A DNA stretch of 64,000 nucleotides from an uncultured Candidatus Bathyarchaeia archaeon (GCA_964480955.1 CAYZRW010000011.1:1653-65652), one strand, 5' to 3'. Shown: positions 38,343-48,050, counted from the stretch's first letter. Notes: generated by a model from the letters alone, not told the origin. Translations and numbers: made by a program.

Positions 38343-38618
38343 TCAGAATGCCTGTCGAAGAAGTAGGAATAGAAATACAATAACACCTGCTGTGAGTTCT
38401 GCAAACATGACCTTCTCTCGCTTTGCAGTCAGCGGTTTGTGATTCTGTTCTTCTAAAGCAACTCCAATAGAGATGCCCACACCGGCTCCAACAGCGATCC
38501 CAATAGGAATAGAACCGATTACAATCCCATATGGAATAGCGAGTGCTATACCGACCACCGTTCCTATCAGGTAGCCAGCACCTCTTGGCAATTTACGGCT
38601 ATGGATGTTTTCCTTCAT
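38343..38618 (-). CDS. Small glycine-rich membrane protein
   Basis: Hydrophobic GxxxG-rich helices (GIAVGAGVGISIGVAL) and C-terminal TM. Confidence 0.55.
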   Translation of the reverse strand: MKENIHSRKLPRGAGYLIGTVVGIALAIPYGIVIGSIPIGIAVGAGVGISIGVALEEQNHKPLTAKREKVMFAELTAGVIVFLFLLLRQAF

Positions 38619-39024
38619 TCATCTCCACTTCCGTTATTTGCACTGAGATATTCCTTAAAGGCTTTCTTACAACTTGTGAGTGTATCCATTGGTGAGCACA
38701 CACAACATCTAATGTGGCTCGTTTCGCTCGCCAGAAGAAGACTAAGGTAAGAAAGTCAACAATAAAACAGCAACATTACCTGTTAAGTTAGCTGGCAGAG
38801 GTAATATTACCTAGATAAACTGCTGGCAACCAGCCAGTTTAACAGCATAGCCAGGCTGTATACAACTATAGTTTAACAGCTAGGGTTATGCTCACGGCAT
38901 AAACCACGAACACAACCAGCTGTATCAACTATTTGTATAACTAACTAGCTAAGCGACTGACGGTTACATGTTAAACTACATATGTAAAAACGCGCGCCAA
39001 CTTGGAAATTGAAAAATAGATATC

Positions 39025-39303
39025 CTAGGATATGAGCGAATCAGCGCTAGACCTCGTTTGATTGATTATGCATCCATCACGTTCAAGTCTAACTTGAAGA
39101 ATGCCAGAATACTTCACAACTCGACAGTTCTGAACCCGAATACTATCGCCAGGCTCTATTTGAGTATCTACGTTCCTTGCTCGATACCTGACAAAGGTCC
39201 GTCCCGATCCATCGTCCAAAACTATCATGAAACCATTCATGTCGATAATCTTCCCTTGCAGGTTCAACTTTCTCATACCAATACTGATATCGCTTATTTT
39301 CAT
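39025..39303 (-). CDS. Single OB-fold nucleic-acid-binding protein (SSB/RPA-like)
   Basis: MKISDI..GM..LNLQGKI...LDDGSG...IEPGDSIRVQN...YSGILQV; 4-nt overlap with helicase. Confidence 0.7.
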   Translation of the reverse strand: MKISDISIGMRKLNLQGKIIDMNGFMIVLDDGSGRTFVRYRARNVDTQIEPGDSIRVQNCRVVKYSGILQVRLERDGCIINQTRSSADSLIS

Positions 39304-40424
39304 TTCCGTTTCACCAACTCTGGAACTTCCTTGATGGTGTTGCCACCGATTTCTTGTATTCTCTCAAAGTTGGAGAGTTGCTCGGGAGAAACCAGGGTTA
39401 TGGCGACCCCTTTCTTCCCAGCTCTCCCGGTCCTACCGATTCTGTGGAAGTAATTGTAGGGATCGTCAGGGACATCAAAATTGATGATGTGAGTTATCCC
39501 CTCGATATCCAATCCTCTGCCGGCTAAGTCCGTCGCGACCAGTATTCGACGTCGACCGTTCGCAAATTCGTCCATGGCCCAGTCACGCTGATTTTGGGAG
39601 AGATCCCCATTTATGACCACCGAAGATAAGCCCTTAGAACGTAGTGTGTCATTTACCCAGAATGAGTCTCGCTTAGTCCGACAGAACAATATGGCGCGAT
39701 CTATTCTCTCGCGACGTAGAAGTTTCAGAAGCGACTTGATCTTCGTTCTCGAGTCTGTAACGAGGAAGTACTGGTCAATCTCCTTGACATTGAGATCGTC
39801 GGATTCGATCAGGACCTCACGAGGATTCTTCATGTAGCGCCGGGCGAGTTTCAGTACACTATCGGGAATAGTGGCTGAGAAGAGGGCTGTTTGATGTTTT
39901 CCTTTAATCGCTCTCAGGATCCATTCGACATCTTCAATAAAACCCATGTCAAGCATTCTGTCAGCTTCGTCCAGAACGACGCAAAAAGTATTGTCTAACC
40001 TAAGCGATCCACCTTCTATGTGATCTAGAAGTCGGCCTGGCGTGCCAACGATGATCTGTTGATGATCCTTCATTGCGTCAAGCTGAGCGTATTTCGATAC
40101 GCCTCCGTACAATGCTAGAGCATGTTTGTTAGTCTTCTTAGCATAGGAGTTTAAGTCCTCTGCGACCTGAACTGCGAGTTCTCGCGTTGGAACAATTATT
40201 AGTGCTTGAACAGCAGGATTATTTTCATCGACTATCTCTAGGATTGGCAGACCGAAAGCTGCGGTCTTTCCAGTACCCGTATGAGCTTGCCCTATTACAT
40301 CACTTCCACTCCACAGAATTGGGATTACCCTCTCCTGGATTGGGTAAGGCTTCTTGAATCCGAGATCATCGAGTGCATCTACAATCTCTGGACTCAGCCC
40401 CATATCTTCGAAACTGTTCATCAA
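39300..40424 (-). CDS. DEAD-box RNA helicase (minimal core)
   Basis: Q motif, AHTGTGKT, PTRELA, GTPGR, DEAD, SAT, HRIGRTGRAG. Confidence 0.95.
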   Translation of the reverse strand: MMNSFEDMGLSPEIVDALDDLGFKKPYPIQERVIPILWSGSDVIGQAHTGTGKTAAFGLPILEIVDENNPAVQALIIVPTRELAVQVAEDLNSYAKKTNKHALALYGGVSKYAQLDAMKDHQQIIVGTPGRLLDHIEGGSLRLDNTFCVVLDEADRMLDMGFIEDVEWILRAIKGKHQTALFSATIPDSVLKLARRYMKNPREVLIESDDLNVKEIDQYFLVTDSRTKIKSLLKLLRRERIDRAILFCRTKRDSFWVNDTLRSKGLSSVVINGDLSQNQRDWAMDEFANGRRRILVATDLAGRGLDIEGITHIINFDVPDDPYNYFHRIGRTGRAGKKGVAITLVSPEQLSNFERIQEIGGNTIKEVPELVKRK

Positions 40425-40624
40425 TGATTGTCACCATGGCTCTGCAACAAAAGCCGCAAGTCTCTTGTGCTAACCTGAAAATGCAACCAATCGAAAGATC
40501 GATAATTCAGTTTCACACTATGATATCTGTGCGGAATGTGCTGCGTGAGAGCTCATTTGGCCTTCAGCGATGCTAAGAAATTAGTACCACTGGATGACCT
40601 TTCCCGCTATAGACCCGAGCGGCC

Positions 40625-40638
40625 TTTATAAGGTTAGC
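40625..40638 (-). promoter_or_regulatory. Putative TATA box for helicase operon
   Basis: Minus strand CTAACC-TTATAAA about 200 bp upstream of start, no ORF between. Confidence 0.4.
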
Positions 40639-40672
40639 GGTTTCGATTTTGCAATAATATGGTATGTTATTT

Positions 40673-40688
40673 TGTGTGTGTGTGTGTG
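40673..40688 (+). repeat. (TG)8 microsatellite
   Basis: Eight TG units, followed by GGTAGCGCGCGC. Confidence 0.8.
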
Positions 40689-40832
40689 GGTAGCGCGCGC
40701 AACGCCTCTTGAGACCAACATAAGCTTCCGTTGTCGCTGACCATAAGCAAGGTGCCTGTCGAAAGTTCCTACGCTATACTCTTTTAATTGCGATGCCCTC
40801 TGTTGTGCCTTTCGTCTTAGGCAAAGAAAGCC

Positions 40833-41081
40833 TCAGGGCGGCTCTATGTCCTTGAACTTGACGGTTCCTCGCATGCTGAATCTGACTGTGAATCTACGAG
40901 GGGTTTCACTATCAGGTGAACGATAAGTCCCATCAGCTTCCCACAAGTCGCCCACTTGACGGATCTTTCGAAACTCAACCGCATATCTTTGCGAACAGAC
41001 CTGCTGGGTCATCTTGAGAACTTTCGTTCTTACTTCATCTTCAGTTATGCCTGGCCGCCTGAAACGAGGGATAGTACCCAC
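40833..41081 (-). CDS. Small hypothetical protein
   Basis: 82-aa ORF, helix + beta-strand pattern (PepSY-like by eye only). Confidence 0.4.
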   Translation of the reverse strand: MGTIPRFRRPGITEDEVRTKVLKMTQQVCSQRYAVEFRKIRQVGDLWEADGTYRSPDSETPRRFTVRFSMRGTVKFKDIEPP

Positions 41082-41156
41082 TCCTAGGCCAGATATTGAA
41101 CATCGTTAACTTGTAAACATTTCTCTAGAGGGCCATCCTATTTGGTGGTGGTGGTG

Positions 41157-41226
41157 TCGGTCCCTTGGTGAGAGCATCAAAATTTGAACCCCAGTTTCAA
41201 TCATCTTGTGTGCTCACCGCAGGACG
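41157..41226. repeat. Structured intergenic motif, copy 2
   Basis: GGTCCCTTGGTGAGAGCATCAAAATTTGAACC...GTGTGCTCACCGCAGGAC; GTCC/GGAC and GGTGAG/CTCACC pairings. Confidence 0.7.
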
Positions 41227-41570
41227 CACACAGGCTGGGCGAAGAAGAAGCTGAAGACAAACACAGCAGATAACCAAGCACACAAGTTTTCGACCCGTCA
41301 CAAGAGAGAAAACTACTTCAAGAGCATGCCGCGAGAGTCGACCGAAATTACAGAAGATGCCTGACACCCACCCGTCTGAACATGACTGGCGACCCCCTAG
41401 GGGTGGTGGGGGGGTGGGGTACCCTCTCAAGACAGAAATTGGAAAAGCCCAGAGAGATAATCGAAACTACTCAGACCCTCCAGCTCAACCTTCCTGAGCC
41501 GCCTCCTCATTGGCTAGTGTGCGCTGATTGAGGCGTCTCATGGCTGTTTCCAGCAACACAGAATTACTGA

Positions 41571-42071
41571 TCAGAACTCCTTGAAGGCTAGTTCGACTGC
41601 CTCTCCAACAGAGTCCGCGGATTCAACCCTCCCACCGTCAATCACCGCTCCAGCCATCTTCTCCGCAACTCCTCCTGAGGGTCTGAGCGCTATCACCCTC
41701 TTGCCAGCCTTCAGCGCCAAACCAATCTCTGAGAGGGTTCCAGCCCCTCCGTGAACCGCAATCACCACGTCTCCAGACAAGACGTTTATCACGTTCCTAC
41801 CGTCCCCCATACCTGTCACGATGACAACATCGACATACCGGTTAGCGTCTCTTCCAGACCCGGGCAATATGCCTACTGTGAGACCGTTCCTCTCCTTCGC
41901 TCCCTTGCAGACCGCCTCCATGACACCGCCCCTGCCACCTGTTATGAGGACCACTCCTCTGCTCGCGATCGCCCGCCCCAACTCCTCAGCCATCTCACAA
42001 ACACTCGAAGGAACCTCGCCACCACTCCCAATAACCGTAATCTGCCTCATACGCACAACCTCAACAAACAC
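41571..42071 (-). CDS. TIGR00725-type LOG/SLOG family protein
   Basis: TVIGSG, LITGGRGGVMEAVCKGA, GRNVINV, GGAGTLSEIGLA. Confidence 0.88.
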   Translation of the reverse strand: MFVEVVRMRQITVIGSGGEVPSSVCEMAEELGRAIASRGVVLITGGRGGVMEAVCKGAKERNGLTVGILPGSGRDANRYVDVVIVTGMGDGRNVINVLSGDVVIAVHGGAGTLSEIGLALKAGKRVIALRPSGGVAEKMAGAVIDGGRVESADSVGEAVELAFKEF

Positions 42072-42154
42072 TCAGCATATGCTTCCAAGAAATCAAACCT
42101 GTCCTTCATAATGAATACTTTAAAGCATATCTTCAAACAATTAGGTTCCGACAG

Positions 42155-42919
42155 ATGATAAGAATGAACCTGGCAGAACTCGCAGAGGACATGCCGAACA
42201 CACGCCTGCTCTACTTGGACGACTCATACCTCAAAGAATCCTCCTGCAACATCCTGAGGGTTGAGCCTGACGACCGAAAGAGCGCATACATACTGCTCGA
42301 CCAAACAATATTCCATCCAAAGTCAGGCGGACAACCCTCGGACAGAGGAAGAATACTCGGCGACGGATTCGCCTTCGATGTGAAAAAGGTCATGATGACT
42401 GGCGAGGTCATAATCCACTGGGGAAAGAATATCCAAGGCACCCCTCAAAGCGGCGCCGCCCGCCTCGAGATAGACTGGGAGTCCAGATACAGATACATGA
42501 GGAAGCACACCGCAGCACACCTGTTCGACGGCTGCCTATCAGCAGTCCTGAAGGAGCGCGTCGAGACAACCGACTCATGGGTTGGAGACGACAGCTACAT
42601 AGGATACCGAGGCGCCTGCCCAGCAACCGAGCAACTTCAGTCCGCCGAAACGATGGAGAACGAACTGATCGGGAAAGGCGCAAATGTCACCTTTCAAATG
42701 ATGACGAGAGAAGAAGCCTTACTCTCCTCCCCCGGTGCGCCAAACCTCGACAGGCTGCCTGAGAATAAGGACCTCAGAGTCGTGACGATAGAGGGATTCC
42801 ACGGAATACCGTGCGGAGGAACCCACCTCAAGAACATAAAGGAGATCGGACAATTCAAACTGAAATCTCCCGAGGTCATCAACGGCGGCTTCAGAGTAAA
42901 CTTCGACGTGATCCCCTGA
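42155..42919 (+). CDS. alaX: Alanyl-tRNA editing protein AlaX
   Basis: LDQTIFHPKSGGQPSDRG, HTAAHL, CGGTH. Confidence 0.9.
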   Translation: MIRMNLAELAEDMPNTRLLYLDDSYLKESSCNILRVEPDDRKSAYILLDQTIFHPKSGGQPSDRGRILGDGFAFDVKKVMMTGEVIIHWGKNIQGTPQSGAARLEIDWESRYRYMRKHTAAHLFDGCLSAVLKERVETTDSWVGDDSYIGYRGACPATEQLQSAETMENELIGKGANVTFQMMTREEALLSSPGAPNLDRLPENKDLRVVTIEGFHGIPCGGTHLKNIKEIGQFKLKSPEVINGGFRVNFDVIP

Positions 42920-42994
42920 AAACCCTCCCCACAAACCTGGTCGTCACAATCTCATAGAACTGGCAAGAACACTCTCAAGGCGAATTACCTAAGT

Positions 42995-43267
42995 GTGCAC
43001 GTGAGGCCTCTACAGTTGACTGAAAAACTCCTAGTCAACCAGGAGAAATGTACAGGATGCAGGTCCTGCGAGGTCGCATGCTCCTACCATTTGAAGAGAA
43101 CCTTTCAACCTTCAGTATCAAGAATCAAGGTTGCTTGGAATAGTGAGAATGGCGAGATGAACATTCTCCTGAGTGAAGGATGCGACCTCTGTCAGGGTGA
43201 GAATGAATCGCTCTGCGTAAAGTACTGCGCCCCAAAAGCCCTTCTACATCAGAAAGGAGAATACTAG
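42995..43267 (+). CDS. 4Fe-4S dicluster protein (AOR-associated)
   Basis: CTGCRSCEVAC, CDLC...CVKYC.P. Confidence 0.8.
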   Translation: MHVRPLQLTEKLLVNQEKCTGCRSCEVACSYHLKRTFQPSVSRIKVAWNSENGEMNILLSEGCDLCQGENESLCVKYCAPKALLHQKGEY

Positions 43268-43271
43268 AGAA

Positions 43272-45152
43272 TTGCAGGATCATGGCTGGGTAGGCAAACT
43301 CCTCAGGGTCAACCTGACCCACCGTGAAATTTCCATTGACTCGTCAAAACATCTTGTAACGAGATTCATTGGGGGCAGAGGAGTAGGCCAATGGCTACTC
43401 TTCAACCATCTAGAGCCTGAGGTTGAACCACTCCACCCGGACAACATAATGGTCTTCGGAACAGGTCCATTGACCGGCACCATGGCTCCAGCCTCCAGAA
43501 TGAGTCTTGACACAAAGAACGTCTACACAAAAGGAGTATCGTCCTCCAACTGCGGCGGACACATAGGTCCCGAAATCAAATACGCCGGGTTCGACTTCAT
43601 CATCATTCACGGCTCATCAAATAGCCCAGTATACCTCCTCGTGACGGATGGAGAAGCTGAGGTCAGGGGCGCGTCACATCTGTGGGGAGAGTCGACTTGG
43701 AGAACCGAAGACATCCTGAGAGGGGAGTTGGGTGACCGGCACATACGAGTTGCCTCAATTGGAATAGCTGGAGAGAACCTGGCAAAGCCCGCGTGCGTAA
43801 TCGTTGATAAGGCCCGAGCGGCTGGACGCGGCGGCTCAGGCGCGGTCATGGGCTCAAAGAAGCTGAAAGCGCTGGTCGTCAGGGGCACCGGAGCGGTGAG
43901 TGTCGCCGAGCCTGAGAAGTTCATGGATGAAGTCGTAAGAGTCTGGAAGAAGATAGATGCAAGCCAGTCTGTCAACGCCAGGAGAAGAAACGGAACCCGC
44001 GCCTTTCTCCCCGGAGCGAACGACCTCGGTCTTTTGGGAGTCAGGAACTTCCAAGACGACTACTGGGACAGTGAAAAGATCGATAAGATAAGGCAGGAGG
44101 CACTCAACGAGAAGTATGAGAAGAGGAAGCTCGCCTGCTTCAACTGCCCAGTCTACTGCAGCCACTTCTACAAGATAGATTCCGGCCCCTACGCCGGACT
44201 GATGTGTGAAGGCTTCCAAACCAACATCGACTGGGACTTCTCGGCGAAACTAGACATAGACGACCCCGTCTCCCTGATCAAGATCAACGCCCTATGCAAT
44301 GAGTTCGGACTGGACATCGACAACTCATCAGCCCCAATATCATGGGCCTTTGAGCTATTCGAAAAAGGAATAATCGGCCCAGCTGAAACCGACGGTTTGA
44401 AGCTGGAGTGGGGAAATACACAAGCCGTGATCGAGCTCCTCCACAAAATTGCCAGACGAGAAGGATTCGGCAACATACTTGCAGAAGGATCAAGAAGAGC
44501 CTCCCAAATAATCGGAAGAGGCTCAGAGAACTACATATCCCACATAAAAGGTCAAGACTCAATCGAAGCCATTAGGTCTGACAAAGGTTGGGCCCTAGGC
44601 TGCGTTGTGGCGGCGAGAGGGGGAGGCCATCTCAACGGCGCCTTTCAGTCTCACAGAACCCCGAACGCTGGTGACCCTAATTCCTACGATTCAAAAGCAG
44701 AGAATGTCTTCTGGTTTGAGAAGTTCAAAGCAGTCGTCGATATGATGGGAATATGCTATTTCACAACAGTCTGGAGCGACATGGAACTACTAGGCCCAGG
44801 CGACCTCGCGCATCTATTCACGGCAGCCACTGGAGTCCAGCTTGGAGGAGGGGAACTGATGGAGGTCGGCCGAAGAGTCCACAATGTGGAGAAGGCCTTC
44901 AACACCCTGCACGCCGGCTTCACACGGGCAGACGACTATCCTCCCAAGAGGTTCATGCTAGAACCTGTGAAGACAGGGCCTAACAGAGGAGAGACCCTTG
45001 ATGAAGAGAAGTGGAGCAGGATGCTAGATCAATATTACCAAATACACGGTTGGGATATTGAGAGTGGACGGCAGACCGCCAAGTGTCTAGATGAACTAGG
45101 ATTGACCAAGGTCAAACAGAGACTTCTTCAAGCAGATAGACTCGTTGATTGA
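43272..45152 (+). CDS. Tungsten-dependent aldehyde:ferredoxin oxidoreductase family protein
   Basis: GRGGSGAVMGSKKLKA, CFNCPVYC, GLDIDNS, ARGGGHL, MLDQYYQIHGWD. Confidence 0.92.
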   Translation: MQDHGWVGKLLRVNLTHREISIDSSKHLVTRFIGGRGVGQWLLFNHLEPEVEPLHPDNIMVFGTGPLTGTMAPASRMSLDTKNVYTKGVSSSNCGGHIGPEIKYAGFDFIIIHGSSNSPVYLLVTDGEAEVRGASHLWGESTWRTEDILRGELGDRHIRVASIGIAGENLAKPACVIVDKARAAGRGGSGAVMGSKKLKALVVRGTGAVSVAEPEKFMDEVVRVWKKIDASQSVNARRRNGTRAFLPGANDLGLLGVRNFQDDYWDSEKIDKIRQEALNEKYEKRKLACFNCPVYCSHFYKIDSGPYAGLMCEGFQTNIDWDFSAKLDIDDPVSLIKINALCNEFGLDIDNSSAPISWAFELFEKGIIGPAETDGLKLEWGNTQAVIELLHKIARREGFGNILAEGSRRASQIIGRGSENYISHIKGQDSIEAIRSDKGWALGCVVAARGGGHLNGAFQSHRTPNAGDPNSYDSKAENVFWFEKFKAVVDMMGICYFTTVWSDMELLGPGDLAHLFTAATGVQLGGGELMEVGRRVHNVEKAFNTLHAGFTRADDYPPKRFMLEPVKTGPNRGETLDEEKWSRMLDQYYQIHGWDIESGRQTAKCLDELGLTKVKQRLLQADRLVD

Positions 45153-45243
45153 ATACTACAGACATTAAATGCCCCTTGGTGTGGGACGCGGAGATCTAAG
45201 CTAACAGTTCCTATTTTCAGAAGAGGTTGCGCCGGTTGAGATT

Positions 45244-46041
45244 CTATCTCTGAGAGCTAGACTTTCTGGACTTAGCCGCTCGATTTGCAATGAGAACAGC
45301 CACGGCCCCAGCCGCTACTCCTCCATCAATATTCACAACAGCCAGCCCGAGCGAGCAAGCCTGAAGCATGGCTGTCAGGGCTCCTAGACCCTTCTCTCCA
45401 AACCCATATCCCACAGAGGTTGGAACACCTATTACCGGAACATCAACCAGTCCTGACACGACTGAGGGTAAAGCCCCCTCCCTCCCCGCCACTGCTATGA
45501 TGACGTCCACATCCTTCTCAATAATCTCTTTTAGTGAAGGGAATAGCCTATGTATCCCAGCTACGCCCACATCATAGGCTGTTAGGACTTCACACCCCAT
45601 CTCTTCAGCAACAATCTTGGCCTCCTCAGCAACCGGAATATCCGCTGTTCCAGCGGCCAAGATCCCAATCTTGCCCCCAGTCCTCTCAATTCTGAAATCC
45701 TTCTTCTTGACGATGACCATCCCAACCCTATCGTCCACATTCAAGACTGAATCGGCTGGAACCGATGTCTTGACAACCTCAATCTGTCTCTTGTCAGCTC
45801 GGCTGATTATCACCCTCCCCTTCTCACTCAAAGTCTTAACAGCTATCTTCGACACGTCTTCAGGCGTCTTACCCTCAGCAAGAATGATCTCAGGAATACC
45901 TTTCCTGAGTTCTCGATTGACATCAAGCCTAGCTAGATTGCTGACTTCATCAACAGCCAGCATCCTCAGAAGCCTCTCAGCCTCTTCCACCGAGACCAAA
46001 CCCTTCGACAGTCTCTCCAAGATATCTCTCAACAGTAACAC
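45244..46041 (-). CDS. larB: Nickel pincer cofactor biosynthesis protein LarB
   Basis: RKGIPEIILAEGKT, AAGTADIPVAEEA, DVGVAGIHRL, GVPTSVGYG, VVNIDGG. Confidence 0.92.
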   Translation of the reverse strand: MLLLRDILERLSKGLVSVEEAERLLRMLAVDEVSNLARLDVNRELRKGIPEIILAEGKTPEDVSKIAVKTLSEKGRVIISRADKRQIEVVKTSVPADSVLNVDDRVGMVIVKKKDFRIERTGGKIGILAAGTADIPVAEEAKIVAEEMGCEVLTAYDVGVAGIHRLFPSLKEIIEKDVDVIIAVAGREGALPSVVSGLVDVPVIGVPTSVGYGFGEKGLGALTAMLQACSLGLAVVNIDGGVAAGAVAVLIANRAAKSRKSSSQR

Positions 46042-46234
46042 ACCAAACAGAACATGAGTTAATCAGCAGACTCGATTTTAGGTTTTTTGAGAAAATTAGT
46101 CTTCCTGCTTCATCCTGAATGGGTTGAAGTTTAGAGGGTTACGGTGCAGCCGCACTGATAAAGAGGCCTCTGTATTTCTATAAATTCAGCATCCTGCTGC
46201 TATAGCGGTGAAGCTATACGATCAATTCTCTCCT

Positions 46235-47119
46235 TTAGCCTTTCAAAGGCTTGGGAATAGTCTTCTCTTCGAGAGTTTCATCCATGCTCCCACTTCTGTA
46301 GCCTTGAAGATCCATCGTTACATAACAGAATCCTAGATCCTTCAATTTCTGAGCGATCAAATCCAAGAGCTCTGTATTGAAAAGGAGCTTCCTCTCATCC
46401 CTGCCAACCTCTACTCTCGCCAAGTTGCCGTGGTCGCGCACCCTAAGTTCTCGGACCTCAACCAATCCTCTTATCGCTCTCTCGGCCTCAGCAACTCTAC
46501 GAAGCCCCTGCTCAGTTATCTCTCGGCCGTAGGGAAATCGTGAGGATAGACATGCCATGGAGGGTCTGTCTGCTGTGGGAAGGCCAAGCATCTCTGCAAG
46601 AGCCCTCACCTCCACCTTCGTCAAGTCAACGTCAGCAAGCGGACTGTATACACCATTCTCAATCAGCGCCACGGCTCCCGGCCTGTGAACCTTCATATCG
46701 TCAGCGTTTGTGCCGTCGACTATGGCCTCCAAGTTATGTTCTCCAGCAATCTCCTTCAGCTTCAAGATGAGCTCCTTCTTGCAGTGGTAGCATCTGTCAG
46801 GCGGGTTTCTGACAAAATCTGGATTAGAAAGTTCGTTCACCTTAACGACCACATGTCTTATCCCTATCTCCTCGGCTACTCTCTTCGCCTCCTCCAACTC
46901 CCCCGGAGGTAAGGTCTTTGAGTCGGCCGTCACCGCTACAGCCCTGTCTCCCACTGCCATCTTGGCGAGTAACGCGACCAGAGAGCTGTCAACACCTCCA
47001 GACATGGCGACCAGAATGCTACCCCTCTTCCTAATCTTTTCCAAGACCTCGCTCATTTTTCTGCTCAACTGCTCCCTTTCGGCGTTTCCGACCAAACCTA
47101 CTTCCTTCATCAGGTCCAC
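46235..47119 (-). CDS. larE: ATP-dependent sulfur transferase LarE
   Basis: PP-loop SGGVDS, RCYHCK, DGTNADD..HRPG, PSMACLSSR, RVRDHG, GYRSGSM. Confidence 0.92.
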   Translation of the reverse strand: MDLMKEVGLVGNAEREQLSRKMSEVLEKIRKRGSILVAMSGGVDSSLVALLAKMAVGDRAVAVTADSKTLPPGELEEAKRVAEEIGIRHVVVKVNELSNPDFVRNPPDRCYHCKKELILKLKEIAGEHNLEAIVDGTNADDMKVHRPGAVALIENGVYSPLADVDLTKVEVRALAEMLGLPTADRPSMACLSSRFPYGREITEQGLRRVAEAERAIRGLVEVRELRVRDHGNLARVEVGRDERKLLFNTELLDLIAQKLKDLGFCYVTMDLQGYRSGSMDETLEEKTIPKPLKG

Positions 47120-47497
47120 TCTGCCTCCATGTTGAACAAACCCGTTACTGTCTTTGAGGTCTTATTCCTCCAAGATAAAACGCGCTAGTACATACCCCAA
47201 GCGACATATCTTGAGTGTCACTAGTAAATTGGCGGTTGATGTTGAGTTCTCAACTCAGATATCTTTCTTGACCCAGTATAAACCTACCTAAGTATCTGTG
47301 ACAGAGGTATTTCGCCCTCTGATGTTCACGCTACTTTCTGGTGATAGAAAGCTTGTAACATCTTCTTTGCGGCAAGAGAGAAGAAAAAGAGAGGACAGTC
47401 TCTTCTAATCAGTTCAAAGATGATTACAAAGCCTAGGCGACTTGCTAGTCTTATCTAAATAAACAAAAATGAGAGAAAAAATCAGCTGTAGTCAGTT

Positions 47498-47995
47498 CTA
47501 TTGTTTCTTCTTCTCCAACAGATTCTCAGAGGCCTCTTCATGCTGTATTTCTTCTGAAAGTATATGTTGTATCAGGTGGAATGTTCTCACATCTTTCTCG
47601 TAGCACGCAGATATCTTCAGGAGAAGACGATTGTACCCCTCGATCGCGCATCCTTCTGCCTCGGCAAGAGCGTTGATCACGCCCTCAATATCTCTCTCGT
47701 CCTTTGGAAATACAATCTTCTTGCAGTTTGCAATCTTCTGCAACTCCTCGAGGTCTCTCTCAGGCTCTCCTCCCAACTCGAATATCCTGTCAGCCAGTTC
47801 TGACAGATGCTCGAACTCCTCTTTTGAGATTCTTTCTATCTCCTCGGCGACTCCCAGATAGACCGGTCCCTCAATGAAGTCCGCGGCCCAAGTATAGTAG
47901 AAGAAAGCTATCCATTCATCAGCATAGAGGCTGTTCAGGTCTTTCAGTAGTCCCTGTATGTCAACCTTGACTATCTCTCTAGCTTTCTTTCCCAT
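47498..47995 (-). CDS. Ferritin-like Dps/DpsL protein
   Basis: ADEWIAFFYY, EEFEH..ELADRIFELGGEP, AEGCAI, EEIQHEE; ATG 47995. Confidence 0.85.
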   Translation of the reverse strand: MGKKAREIVKVDIQGLLKDLNSLYADEWIAFFYYTWAADFIEGPVYLGVAEEIERISKEEFEHLSELADRIFELGGEPERDLEELQKIANCKKIVFPKDERDIEGVINALAEAEGCAIEGYNRLLLKISACYEKDVRTFHLIQHILSEEIQHEEASENLLEKKKQ

Positions 47996-48026
47996 AACAA
48001 GCACCTCCAGTTGGTTCTAGTTTATA

Positions 48027-48043
48027 TGAATAAAAAACCTTTC
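48027..48043 (-). promoter_or_regulatory. BRE-TATA promoter of the Dps-like gene
   Basis: Minus strand GAAAGG-TTTTTTATTCA about 35 bp upstream of ATG 47995. Confidence 0.5.
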
Positions 48044-48050
48044 TAACTCA

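Noticed and set aside
38700-39020. CRISPR array or replication origin
   Set aside because: Repeats are short, irregular and not separated by uniform spacers; no ORB consensus or cdc6 nearby.
44653-44660. ACAGAACC (inverse TIR start) inside the AOR gene
   Set aside because: Only 8 bp, in intact coding sequence.
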